From: an uncultured bacterium
Lineage (GTDB): Bacteria > Patescibacteriota > Patescibacteriia > Patescibacteriales > UBA12465
Reading direction: 5' to 3'
Assembly (NCBI GenBank): GCA_942492765.1
Contig: OW818634.1
Coordinates: 537,159 to 601,158, forward strand
DNA: 64,000 nt
Shown here one piece after another: positions 10,174 through 18,137 of the stretch (the stretch's first letter is position 1; each line of letters starts with the position of its first letter). The position numbers were made by a program, and so were the translations under genes. Below the pieces are notes generated by a model. That model worked only from the letters and a program-made list of their open reading frames with translations, did no database searches and had not been told where the DNA came from.

Positions 10174-10818
10174 CTAGCTTTCTTCTCGACAGAGAAGAGC
10201 GTGCATCCTGATAATTCCCTCCTTTTGCGCCCTCCCGCCATCAGGCGAATTGGCGGTAGCGATTTTTAACTTTTCTAAATCCTGTCCCGCGGCTTCTACC
10301 GCTTTTAAAGAGAGGGTGTCCCAATTCTGGAGAGAAAGATCTTCTTCGGGGCTGCGGTCTCTAGTCAAGCTACAGATATGTTTGGCCAAGCCCGGGGAGG
10401 AACAAGTCTCATTCAGCCTCTGAATGGCCCTCTTTTCAGCTCGGCCATTTTCCGGAAGAAAATTTAGAGCTCTTAACATCTGCTTGAATCCTCCGATTTT
10501 TTCTATTTTCATTTCTTCGACCTCTTGTAAGGAAAGGTCATCCCACCTGTCAAAAGCTTTCTTGCGAAATTCCGTCCCCTTGGCATATAGATGAGCAGTC
10601 TGCCCTTCATACGGGTTAGAAGCTAAATCGATGCATCTTAGGAGCGCGGCTCTTTCTTCTTCGCTGTCTTTCTCTCGATTTTTTTTAGAAATAATCACTT
10701 CGCATTCGGCCTGCTCAAAAGTAGCGGCCTGGCTTTCCAATAGGGGAATACCTAGAGCTTCTTTCACTCTCCATACCGGAACGCCCAGTTTCTTGGCTAA
10801 ACCTTCAATTTTGTCCAT
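10174..10818 (-). CDS. Hypothetical protein with ~45-aa internal repeats and HeH/Rho_N-like N-terminus
   Basis: Good SD (aaggagg, 6 nt upstream of ATG). Repeats: FDRWDDLSLQEVEE...PENGRAEKRAIQRL and LQNWDTLSLKAVEA...SPDGGRAQKEGIIRM. The N-terminal IEGLAKKLGVPVWRVKEALG resembles helix-extension-helix motifs. Confidence 0.65.
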   Translation of the reverse strand: MDKIEGLAKKLGVPVWRVKEALGIPLLESQAATFEQAECEVIISKKNREKDSEEERAALLRCIDLASNPYEGQTAHLYAKGTEFRKKAFDRWDDLSLQEVEEMKIEKIGGFKQMLRALNFLPENGRAEKRAIQRLNETCSSPGLAKHICSLTRDRSPEEDLSLQNWDTLSLKAVEAAGQDLEKLKIATANSPDGGRAQKEGIIRMHALLCREES

Positions 10819-10884
10819 GGTAACCTCCTTTTTTGGGATTATTGTTTAATATTAGGAATCATTCAATTATTAAGGTAACGCCTA

Positions 10885-10914
10885 AATATACCACCACCTG
10901 GCAAGTCTTGTCAA
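10885..10914 (-). promoter_or_regulatory. Sigma70-type promoter for 10174..10818
   Basis: The minus strand reads TTGACA (10914-10909), an 18-nt spacer, then TATATT (10890-10885). It is preceded by the hairpin plus T-run that terminates the upstream 80-aa ORF. Confidence 0.5.
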
Positions 10915-10962
10915 TAAAAAACCCCGCTTTATTAGTGGGGTTAATTAGTCTAGATTTACCTG

Positions 10963-11205
10963 CTATTTCGCGATATCAAGGGGGTGTTTGGACAAAGCGG
11001 GAAAATACAGTCCGCCTTGTACAGATATAGGCGACGTCTTTACTCCGTCTGCCAAAATAATGGTCTCGCTGCCGCAAGATTGGCATTTGCGCAATCGGGC
11101 TAGCTTGCTAATAGTGCCGTCGTGACCGTCTTGGCAGCCACAGATTGAGCAGCCGAAGCGCTCAAAATCTTTTTCAGATACAGCCAAAATTCTTTTATGC
11201 GCCAT
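10963..11205 (-). CDS. Hypothetical zinc-ribbon protein (80 aa)
   Basis: Cys pairs CSICGC ... CQSCGS spaced like a zinc ribbon. A hairpin plus T-run lies downstream (about 10921-10950). Confidence 0.5.
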   Translation of the reverse strand: MAHKRILAVSEKDFERFGCSICGCQDGHDGTISKLARLRKCQSCGSETIILADGVKTSPISVQGGLYFPALSKHPLDIAK

Positions 11206-11284
11206 TTCGGTATTATTTTTTAGTGAACATTAAGTTTTAAAGGTAGCATTACAACTTATCATGATATTATAAAAATTTCAATAT

Positions 11285-11779
11285 CTATAAAGCTTTCTCA
11301 AGCTTCTTGGCTACATATTGCTGCTGGCTCCGGCGATCGAGCTTGACCTTCTCATTATGATCAGGGGTGGCTTTAGCGACTTGACCGCGCTTCAGATCGA
11401 CAATTTCGGTCTGTCTCACGGACGCCCTTGATGAGTTAACCTCTTTCTCTATCTCTCTTTTCTTCTTTTCAGACAAAGAATCGCGATAAATAATGGCTAA
11501 TTCCCTAGCTTCTTCTTCGGTAACATCGGCCGGCAACTCTGCCTTGTCGTTCAGGTAATCATCGCACATCTTACCGAGGCTTAGCAACTCATCATTATTC
11601 AAGAATTTATCTTCACTACTCAGATCATCCGGCTCTCCGTATAACCCGGTAGTCCCGGGGAGTTCGGCGGCGGATATATACGGCTTGCCAGAAAATTTCT
11701 TAGGGCTGATATCGTTTCCGTACAAACGCTCAGCTTCGTCTTTAGATTCGCCGACATTGTAATGCTCAAAGTTTGGCAT
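11285..11779 (-). CDS. Hypothetical acidic protein (164 aa)
   Basis: Longest ORF in the region, co-oriented with its neighbours and 14 nt downstream of the PEBP gene. No motif recognised. Confidence 0.55.
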   Translation of the reverse strand: MPNFEHYNVGESKDEAERLYGNDISPKKFSGKPYISAAELPGTTGLYGEPDDLSSEDKFLNNDELLSLGKMCDDYLNDKAELPADVTEEEARELAIIYRDSLSEKKKREIEKEVNSSRASVRQTEIVDLKRGQVAKATPDHNEKVKLDRRSQQQYVAKKLEKAL

Positions 11780-11793
11780 ATATTTCTATTAGT

Positions 11794-12381
11794 TTATTGA
11801 CTATAAGTTCCGATTAGTTCGGCCTGGGAAATAACATGGCCTTTCATAGCGGAAAGAAGATCGCTCTTCTTGGCGGAAGACCGAAGATCGAGTATCGTAT
11901 CTAGGGCGTAAAGCTTAAAATGATAGCGATGCGTGCCGCTAGGCGGGCAAGGGCCGCCGTATTCGGCCTTGCCAGAACTGGTGGTTCCGAGAATGGCGCC
12001 GGCAGGAACACTATCTTCGCTGATGCCCTGGCTCGCCGGATTGATATTGAAAATCAGCCAATGGACCCAATCGCCGCTAGGCGCATCAGGATCATCGACG
12101 ATGAGAGCGAGGCTCTGCGCTTCCGCGGGCACGCGAGAAAATTTCAACGGCGGATTAACGTCAGAGCCATGGCAGCCATAAGTATCAGGGATCTGACCGC
12201 CATCGGGAAAGACCGAAGTAATATTCATCATACTATTAAGAGAAGAATTATAATTAGATTGCTCTTCCAGCTGATCAATATCAGAAGAAGTCGAAAAAGA
12301 CCGGCTATTGCGAGAAAAGAGGTAGAAGATGCCGGCGCCGACGGCAAAAAGCAAAATAATCAAAACCAAGACTTTTTTCAT
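11794..12381 (-). CDS. YbhB/YbcL-type PEBP (Raf-kinase-inhibitor-like) family protein, secreted or membrane-anchored
   Basis: PEBP motifs DDPDAPSGDWVHW and GPCPPSGTHRYHFKLYALD. Start moved to the ATG at 12381 (MKKVLVLIILLF... signal/anchor), since the 15-codon extension overlaps the upstream gene. Confidence 0.85.
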   Translation of the reverse strand: MKKVLVLIILLFAVGAGIFYLFSRNSRSFSTSSDIDQLEEQSNYNSSLNSMMNITSVFPDGGQIPDTYGCHGSDVNPPLKFSRVPAEAQSLALIVDDPDAPSGDWVHWLIFNINPASQGISEDSVPAGAILGTTSSGKAEYGGPCPPSGTHRYHFKLYALDTILDLRSSAKKSDLLSAMKGHVISQAELIGTYSQ

Positions 12382-12388
12382 ATGTCTT

Positions 12389-12667
12389 CTAATTCCGATT
12401 AGCCAGGGGGCTATTCTTAGCGGCAAAATAATCTCTAACTTTTTCTATTTCAGCCGGGTCAGCCATCCTAGCCTCGACCATCTTATAGAAAGTATCGATA
12501 TAATCTCCCTTGCTGTCCTTCAGGGAGCCGGACTCGTATTTCGCGTTCGGATCTTTCCCATTCAATTCATATTCGACGTCCTCTTCAATCTTCTTGCGGA
12601 TCGCGACCATATCATCAGGTCCGCGAAAATTACCTTGCGCCTTAGCGATATCGCTTTCAATTTTCAT
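12389..12667 (-). CDS. Hypothetical protein (92 aa)
   Basis: ATG start. The stop is 7 nt before the PEBP start, suggesting an operon. Hydrophilic sequence with no motif recognised. Confidence 0.5.
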   Translation of the reverse strand: MKIESDIAKAQGNFRGPDDMVAIRKKIEEDVEYELNGKDPNAKYESGSLKDSKGDYIDTFYKMVEARMADPAEIEKVRDYFAAKNSPLANRN

Positions 12668-12740
12668 ATATTTATATCTTAATCCCGCTTATGTTCAGCG
12701 GGTTATTTAATGAGTAAGGGGGCGATTAATTTCCCCCTTT

Positions 12741-12965
12741 TTAAGCGCTGCTGGGAATGCCATATCTGTCCTTCATCTCTACTACCTTTATGACCTTGCC
12801 CGACTTATCGTCTTCTTCGCTCTGACCGCTATAACTTCCCTCGGGAGACCAGATAATGCGCCGATTATCCTGACAGAAGACGTATTGACCTTCATAAGGA
12901 TAAGACTTTGTACAGCCCATAGCTTTAAGTTGCTTAGGGGTGCAAGCTTCGCCGGTGTGTATCAT
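12741..12965 (-). CDS. Hypothetical mini-protein (74 aa), paralog of 9951..10136
   Basis: SD aaggag lies 7 nt upstream of the ATG, and an extended -10 (TGgTATAAT) lies upstream. Shares the T-x3-LK-x2-G / RR-x2-W-x-P / DRY pattern with the 61-aa ORF. Confidence 0.55.
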   Translation of the reverse strand: MIHTGEACTPKQLKAMGCTKSYPYEGQYVFCQDNRRIIWSPEGSYSGQSEEDDKSGKVIKVVEMKDRYGIPSSA

Positions 12966-13061
12966 AAGTACTCCTTTCTTTTTTAGTTGTTTTTATATAA
13001 AGAGCTATTTTATATTTAGATACTTCTATTATACCACTCTTATAAAAATGATTCGAATATA

Positions 13062-13090
13062 TTGACAATAATATGGCAATGTGTTATATT
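13062..13090 (+). promoter_or_regulatory. Sigma70-type promoter for 13147..13527
   Basis: TTGACA (13062-13067), a 17-nt spacer, then TATATT (13085-13090). Confidence 0.6.
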
Positions 13091-13146
13091 ATCCTATTAC
13101 CTCACGTAACTTAACAAAACAAATAATACCCACAAAACTATAAGCC

Positions 13147-13527
13147 ATGAAAAAACTTTTTTTTGTTTTCGGAAAGAATTCTGAAGAAATGCAACGCTTG
13201 ATCAGCAGAATGATGGTAGTCTTGATGCATGATAATTGCATAACCGTCTATGCTGATCGAGATGATGAGAATGAAGCCCTAGAGGAAACCCTCGACGCCA
13301 TCCGCGCCAGAGGCGGCGGCAATAACGACAACACGGTCGTATACGCAGGAGATAATCTAACTTTATTAAAAGCGAATGTGCCTTGCGCCTGTATCAATCT
13401 AGTTACCCTAAAAGATAAGGTGACTGAAGGAGCTGGCGGTGATAGCGATATTCCACTAACAAAACATTTAACAGAAACGATGTTAGAAGGAGCGCTGCTA
13501 TCGCTGATGAATGATAATAAAAGATAA
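13147..13527 (+). CDS. Hypothetical protein (126 aa)
   Basis: ATG ORF downstream of a near-consensus promoter and followed by a hairpin terminator. No motif recognised. Confidence 0.55.
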   Translation: MKKLFFVFGKNSEEMQRLISRMMVVLMHDNCITVYADRDDENEALEETLDAIRARGGGNNDNTVVYAGDNLTLLKANVPCACINLVTLKDKVTEGAGGDSDIPLTKHLTETMLEGALLSLMNDNKR

Positions 13528-13564
13528 AAAAGGGTTAGTTTATTAGTTAGTCAAATGGTTAGTT

Positions 13565-13596
13565 AAAAGCCGCTTCTTTCGAGAAACGGCTTTTTT
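13565..13596. terminator. Bidirectional intrinsic terminator between convergent genes
   Basis: aaaaGCCGCTTCtttcgaGAAACGGCtttttt (one mismatch in the stem). Confidence 0.7.
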
Positions 13597-13642
13597 ATAT
13601 ACAAATATTCCTAAATCTTAGCTTTTTATGGCCCGACCTGGC

Positions 13643-14317
13643 TTAACGCACTGCTTGCATGGCTGCGCTTAACTTGATTTGATCAGAAATCATCTGGTCA
13701 CCCAAATCCTTGAAGAATTGGCCTGACCCATATTTTATATTCCATTTAGTCCGGTCAATTACTATATCTGATTTAATGTCTAAACGACCATCTGCGGAAA
13801 ATACTTGAGCTGTAAAATTGATCGGAGCGGTCACATCTCTAATAGTCAAGTCGCCGCTCAGAAAATATTCACCGCTTCTGGCTCCGGCCTGGACAGATTT
13901 CACAACCAGAGAAGCCTCGGGATAAACATCAGTGTTGAAGAAGTCTGGACCCTTAAGGTGTTTGACTAAACTCTCGATATTCTCATCGCTCGTCAGGTTC
14001 GTCATGTCGACAACCAAAGAGGCGCCCGTTAAGACTCCGCCCGCAACTTGAATGGATCCTGATTTTATGGCCACTAATCCGGTATGCGCAGCCTTGACCT
14101 TAGAAGCTTGCCAGGCTAGGCGGCTAGGCGCCGGCTCGACTTGATAAGAGCCGTCGGACAACACGGGAGACATAGCGGCCGCGCCAGCCGCTTCATCTGT
14201 CGCAGCGGACGGAACAGAGGACTGCCTGTCTATCGTGTTCAAACGATTTGATAAGCTACAGGCGCTTAAAGATACTAGCCCGAAGCCTATCAGAATTAAA
14301 AATAGAAATTTTTTCAT
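13643..14317 (-). CDS. YceI-like lipoprotein
   Basis: Lipobox LVSLSAC. The C-terminal ~170 aa fit the YceI pattern (HTGLV..., GDLTIRDVTAPINF, ...IDRTKWNI). Confidence 0.8.
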   Translation of the reverse strand: MKKFLFLILIGFGLVSLSACSLSNRLNTIDRQSSVPSAATDEAAGAAAMSPVLSDGSYQVEPAPSRLAWQASKVKAAHTGLVAIKSGSIQVAGGVLTGASLVVDMTNLTSDENIESLVKHLKGPDFFNTDVYPEASLVVKSVQAGARSGEYFLSGDLTIRDVTAPINFTAQVFSADGRLDIKSDIVIDRTKWNIKYGSGQFFKDLGDQMISDQIKLSAAMQAVR

Positions 14318-14361
14318 ATTTTTATTATTAATGAATAAGATTCCCCCGCAGGGGTTAGAAT

Positions 14362-14390
14362 ATTATAGCGCGATCGCACGGTTGACGCAA
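14362..14390 (-). promoter_or_regulatory. Sigma70-type promoter for the YceI-like gene
   Basis: The minus strand reads TTGCGT (14390-14385), a 17-nt spacer, then TATAAT (14367-14362). Confidence 0.5.
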
Positions 14391-14453
14391 GCTATGAACA
14401 TCCGTGAAAATATAATATAATTTAATAACTTACTAAACATAAACTATAACTAT

Positions 14454-15038
14454 GTGCTTAAACTATTGATAATTTACGCCCATCCTAATCATGGCGGATT
14501 CCATGGCTATTTCTTAAGCCAAATAGAAGACATCTTAAAATCGCAGCGGACTGTCTCTTATGAGATACTCGACTTGTACGCCCTGAACTATGATCCGGTG
14601 TTAAGAGATTCGGAGCTATATAGCGCCGGCCGCCGCGCGGTCAGTCCAGAGAATCTCATCTTTCAAGAAAAGATCAAAGCGGCCAATCGTCTGCTCTTTA
14701 TTTATCCGACCTGGTGGCAAAACATGCCGGCCATCCTTAAGGGCTTTACCGATCGCGTCTTTACCAGCGGATTTTCTTTCGTTTACAAGGCTGGTCTGCC
14801 GATAGGCTTGCTGAAAGGCAAAAAAGCAGCGGTTTTTTCCGCTACTGGCGGGCCTCGTCTTTATACCCAGTTGCTCACCCGCAATCAATCATTGAGTGTC
14901 CTAACTAAAGACATCCTCTCATTCGCTGGCATAAGAACAAAAGGATTTAGTCTCGGTTCTGCTCGAGAGCTAAATGATAAAAAGAGGGGAGATTTGCGCT
15001 TGATAGCGACAGAAGTGTCGCGATATTTGTTTGATTAG
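14454..15038 (+). CDS. Flavodoxin-like fold NAD(P)H dehydrogenase (quinone)/oxidoreductase family protein
   Basis: N-terminal LIIYAHPNHGGFHGY and the FIYPTWWQNMPAILKGFTDRV motif, typical of the NQO/KefF-like Flavodoxin_2 family. GTG start. Confidence 0.8.
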   Translation: MLKLLIIYAHPNHGGFHGYFLSQIEDILKSQRTVSYEILDLYALNYDPVLRDSELYSAGRRAVSPENLIFQEKIKAANRLLFIYPTWWQNMPAILKGFTDRVFTSGFSFVYKAGLPIGLLKGKKAAVFSATGGPRLYTQLLTRNQSLSVLTKDILSFAGIRTKGFSLGSARELNDKKRGDLRLIATEVSRYLFD

Positions 15039-15092
15039 TTTTTCCAATACAAATACAAAAAAGACTCCCAACAGGAGCCTTTTTTGTTAATG

Positions 15093-15164
15093 AGCGGGTA
15101 ACGGGAATCGAACCCGTCTCTCGACCTTGGCAAGGTCGCATAATAACCACTATACGATACCCGC
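15093..15164 (-). tRNA. tRNA-Gly (anticodon GCC)
   Basis: The reverse complement GCGGGTATCGTATAGTGGTTATTATGCGACCTTGCCAAGGTCGAGAGACGGGTTCGATTCCCGTTACCCGCT folds as a cloverleaf. Anticodon loop is TTGCCAA; no CCA is encoded. Confidence 0.95.
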
Positions 15165-15188
15165 AATATTCTTTGCCTAACTAATTAC

Positions 15189-15275
15189 TGGTGCCGCGGG
15201 CGGGAATCGAACCCGCACTGTATCGCTACAACTGGATTTTAAGTCCAGCGCGTCTACCAGTTCCGCCACCGCGGC
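15189..15275 (-). tRNA. tRNA-Leu (anticodon UAA), type II with long variable arm, CCA encoded
   Basis: Reverse complement GCCGCGGTGGCGGAACTGGTAGACGCGCTGGACTTAAAATCCAGTTGTAGCGATACAGTGCGGGTTCGATTCCCGCCCGCGGCACCA. Anticodon loop is CTTAAAA. Confidence 0.95.
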
Positions 15276-15284
15276 GCATTTACG

Positions 15285-15670
15285 TGGAGATGATGGGAGT
15301 TGAACCCATGTCCAGTCGGTTTATCTAAATACATTTACAAGAGTAGACCGATTTTGTTGTTTGATTCCAACCATCAGAAACCGGACAAAAGCGGTTGGAA
15401 CGATCTTTCTGTTGTTTCGGCGTCCTTCCGGAAAGAGCGGAAGAAGCCTATCTTCATGTTGATGACACCGGAGAGACGACTATGAAGACTTGTCGTGTCC
15501 GATGGCTATGGCTTTATTTGTTAGGCCATAACTGGAGCATAGCTCGGAGTTAACCAAGTGAATGCTCTTGCCGATTTGGCATTTGTGTTTTTTTAGTCAG
15601 TTTAACGCGGATAGCTAAGCGCGTCTTGAATATCTAGAGAAAGATCCGGCTGTCGATGCCTTTCATCCCC
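15285..15670 (-). ncRNA. ssrA: tmRNA (SsrA), one-piece, ~386 nt
   Basis: The 5' GGGGATG pairs with the 3' CATCTCC-A, including the G3:U alanine identity pair. T-arm GGGTTCAACTCCC. An internal tag-like ORF ends at a UAA in a hairpin loop. Located 21 nt downstream of smpB. Confidence 0.9.
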
Positions 15671-15691
15671 AGTAATCATGGTTTCGAGGCG

Positions 15692-16150
15692 CTAGCGCCT
15701 CTTTGTCAATGACCGTAGATTCCTGTCAACTTCTCGCTTCTTAATCGCCTCGCGCTTATCGAATTTCTTCTTGCCGCGGGCGATAGCGAATTCAAGCTTC
15801 AGAAAACTATGATTAGTATATATTTTGAGGGGGATAAGTGTCAAGCCCTCCTTGGTCTTCTTGCCTAATAATTGATTAATTTCTCCCTTTTTCAGGAGCA
15901 ATTTACGTTCTCTCGTCTGGTTATAGTCCGGCATCGGGCCAGCAGCTTTATAGGGAGAAATCTGGGCGCCGATGAGATAAAGCTCGGTTTTCCCGTTCTT
16001 AGTACGGATAGAGATGAAGCTGCCCTTCAGGCTGACCTGACCAGCGCGCACAGCTTTGACCTCATGACCATGCAGAACGAGACCGGCCTCATACTTATCC
16101 AGTATCTCATAATCGAATCCAGCTTTCTTATTTTGCGCCAGGGGTGGCAT
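15692..16150 (-). CDS. smpB: SsrA-binding protein SmpB
   Basis: Typical SmpB sequence (NKKAGFDYEILDKYEAGLVL.GHEVKA.R.G...L..SF, RERKLLLKKGEI) and adjacency to tmRNA. Confidence 0.95.
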   Translation of the reverse strand: MPPLAQNKKAGFDYEILDKYEAGLVLHGHEVKAVRAGQVSLKGSFISIRTKNGKTELYLIGAQISPYKAAGPMPDYNQTRERKLLLKKGEINQLLGKKTKEGLTLIPLKIYTNHSFLKLEFAIARGKKKFDKREAIKKREVDRNLRSLTKRR

Positions 16151-17429
16151 AGTTCCATTCTTTTAATTTAGCGATGACTTTCTCATTGGTCATGATATTG
16201 CTGAGATAGGTATGGTAGTGCTCTTCTTCGAGCATCTTAAGAACATCCTTATTGCCAGCATATTGCTTCTTGAGCTCGTCGATCTTCTCATGAATTTCTT
16301 TTTCGGTCGGAACAATCTTTTCAACAACGGCCAATTCGCGGATGACAAGCGCCGACTTGATGCGCTTGACGGCATTAGGCGCCATCTCGATCATAAGATT
16401 GGCTCTGTCTTTCTTGATACTTGAAAGATAATCTTCGAACTTGCCGCCTTGGCGGACAACGCTCTGCTCGAGCTCGGCGAGCATGCTCTTGAGTTCATTC
16501 TGGATGATCTCTTCCGGCATATCGCCGAATTTAGTGTCCCCGATAATCTTAGAAAGCAGTTCTGATTCGTTCTTAAGATCGGCGCGATGTTTCTTCTCGT
16601 GCAATAGGCTCTCTTCAAGGTTCTTCTTCAATTCATCCATGGTCTTTAGCTGAAAGAAAGCAGCGAACTCATCGTTGAATTCTGGCAAGACGCGGTCATA
16701 GACTTCCTTGATAGCAACCTCGAACTCGACCATCTTGCCAGCGAGATTCTTCTGATGGTGGTCATCGGGATAAGGCAGCTCGAATTTTCTGACCTCATTT
16801 TTCTTGGCGCCGACTAATTTCTTATCAAAACCCGGGACAAAATAATCCTTACCCAGGAGCAGTCCCAATTCCTTATGCTCACCGTCTTCTAATGGAACCT
16901 TATCCAAAAACATCTTGATATCGACGACAGCCTTATCGCCCATCTTTATCTCTCTATCGGCGATAACTTCGGTGGCGCGCATTTCTCTCAGATCATTCAT
17001 GGCGCGGTCCAGTTCTTTAGCTTCAATCTTGGCTTCTTCCGGCTTAATATTCAGATCCTTATATTTTCCTAAGGCGATTTCCGGAATCAAGGAAACGATT
17101 ACTTTATATTCTAAAGGATTATTCGGAGCGAGCTTAGTGACATTGACCTGGGGCTGGCCGACTGGCTGGCGGCCCATAGTGTTCTTATCAATCGCTTCGT
17201 CGATGGTCTTATGGATAGCGAGATGGGCAGCTTCTTCGAGGATGGTCATCTCACCGATCTTCTGCTTAAGCACATCGAACGGAACCTTGCCCGGACGAAA
17301 GCCTTCAATTTTAACTTCATGGGAAACTTTTTCCGCGCCTTTTTCGATATAAGGAGCGAACTCTTCATTAGATAATTCAATGGTGAGCTCAACCTGCGAT
17401 TTTTCTAAATCTTTTTTTGTGACTTGCAT
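16128..17429 (-). CDS. tig: Trigger factor
   Basis: Typical N-terminus MQVTKKDLEKSQVELTIEL, ribosome-binding GFRPGKVP motif, FKBP-like middle and helical C-terminal domain. 433 aa. Confidence 0.92.
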   Translation of the reverse strand: MQVTKKDLEKSQVELTIELSNEEFAPYIEKGAEKVSHEVKIEGFRPGKVPFDVLKQKIGEMTILEEAAHLAIHKTIDEAIDKNTMGRQPVGQPQVNVTKLAPNNPLEYKVIVSLIPEIALGKYKDLNIKPEEAKIEAKELDRAMNDLREMRATEVIADREIKMGDKAVVDIKMFLDKVPLEDGEHKELGLLLGKDYFVPGFDKKLVGAKKNEVRKFELPYPDDHHQKNLAGKMVEFEVAIKEVYDRVLPEFNDEFAAFFQLKTMDELKKNLEESLLHEKKHRADLKNESELLSKIIGDTKFGDMPEEIIQNELKSMLAELEQSVVRQGGKFEDYLSSIKKDRANLMIEMAPNAVKRIKSALVIRELAVVEKIVPTEKEIHEKIDELKKQYAGNKDVLKMLEEEHYHTYLSNIMTNEKVIAKLKEWNYATPGAK

Positions 17430-17533
17430 ATGATATAAGTTAGCATAAGCGGACTCCGAGCCCGCTTATGAGGTATTGAAAACTATTTTATTCTATCAGA
17501 CTGCCCTTAAAAAGCAAGAATGATTATTGAGAA

Positions 17534-18043
17534 CTAAAGCGAGTTGTATATCTCTATTGCCAGGTCCTCAAATTTTTTGGATAGCTTGTTCTTGAATTCT
17601 TCAGACAGGACAGAAAACATCGGTCCAGTGAGGCTCCCCTCTATCTCTTTATAGCGCCTTTTCCAATCTGCGCTCTGAGGATTATCAGATAGCATGTCAA
17701 TAATTTCTCCTATCTGGGCTATCCTCGTCATAGACAGGTTGTTCTGTTTCAAGGCTAAAACCACCTTCTCATACTTCGGATCATTCAAGAATTTTGGATT
17801 TTCAAGAATTTCTTTGCGCCAAGCTCTAAAATCATCACCGATTACAAAAGGCCGGCCTTCTTTGCGAACAATCAACTTCGGAGAATTAATAACTTCTCTA
17901 AGCAATCTAGCCCTGCTGTCATCTTTATCAGGTCCAGTAATAATGTTATTATCTTCAACGGCAACGTCGCAGCCATTAAGCTCAAGCTCTAGGCGATCCT
18001 TATTTTCGTCCCCTTGTTCAGGGTTTAATCTCTCGATTGACAT
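17534..18043 (-). CDS. Hypothetical protein (169 aa)
   Basis: ATG ORF that is the longest in the region. The antisense ORF 17694..18053 is S/L-rich and low-complexity. No motif recognised. Confidence 0.55.
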   Translation of the reverse strand: MSIERLNPEQGDENKDRLELELNGCDVAVEDNNIITGPDKDDSRARLLREVINSPKLIVRKEGRPFVIGDDFRAWRKEILENPKFLNDPKYEKVVLALKQNNLSMTRIAQIGEIIDMLSDNPQSADWKRRYKEIEGSLTGPMFSVLSEEFKNKLSKKFEDLAIEIYNSL

Positions 18044-18067
18044 AAAATTATAAATATGTTTAATCTC

Positions 18068-18096
18068 TTGCCTTATTAAAAGGTTTATAGTATAAA
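18068..18096 (+). promoter_or_regulatory. Sigma70-type promoter for 18138..18434
   Basis: TTGCCT (18068-18073), a 17-nt spacer, then TATAAA (18091-18096). Confidence 0.5.
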
Positions 18097-18137
18097 GTAT
18101 AGTTAAAGTTGTTTAAAAAGTAAACCAAGATAAGACG

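Noticed and set aside
14371-14378. GCGATCGC (HIP1-like) palindrome in the yceI/oxidoreductase intergenic region
   Set aside because: It is a single occurrence inside a promoter spacer, with no evidence of the over-representation that defines HIP1-type repeats.
15300-15485. 61-aa plus-strand ORF
   Set aside because: It lies entirely inside the tmRNA gene on the opposite strand, so it is an artefact of ORF finding.
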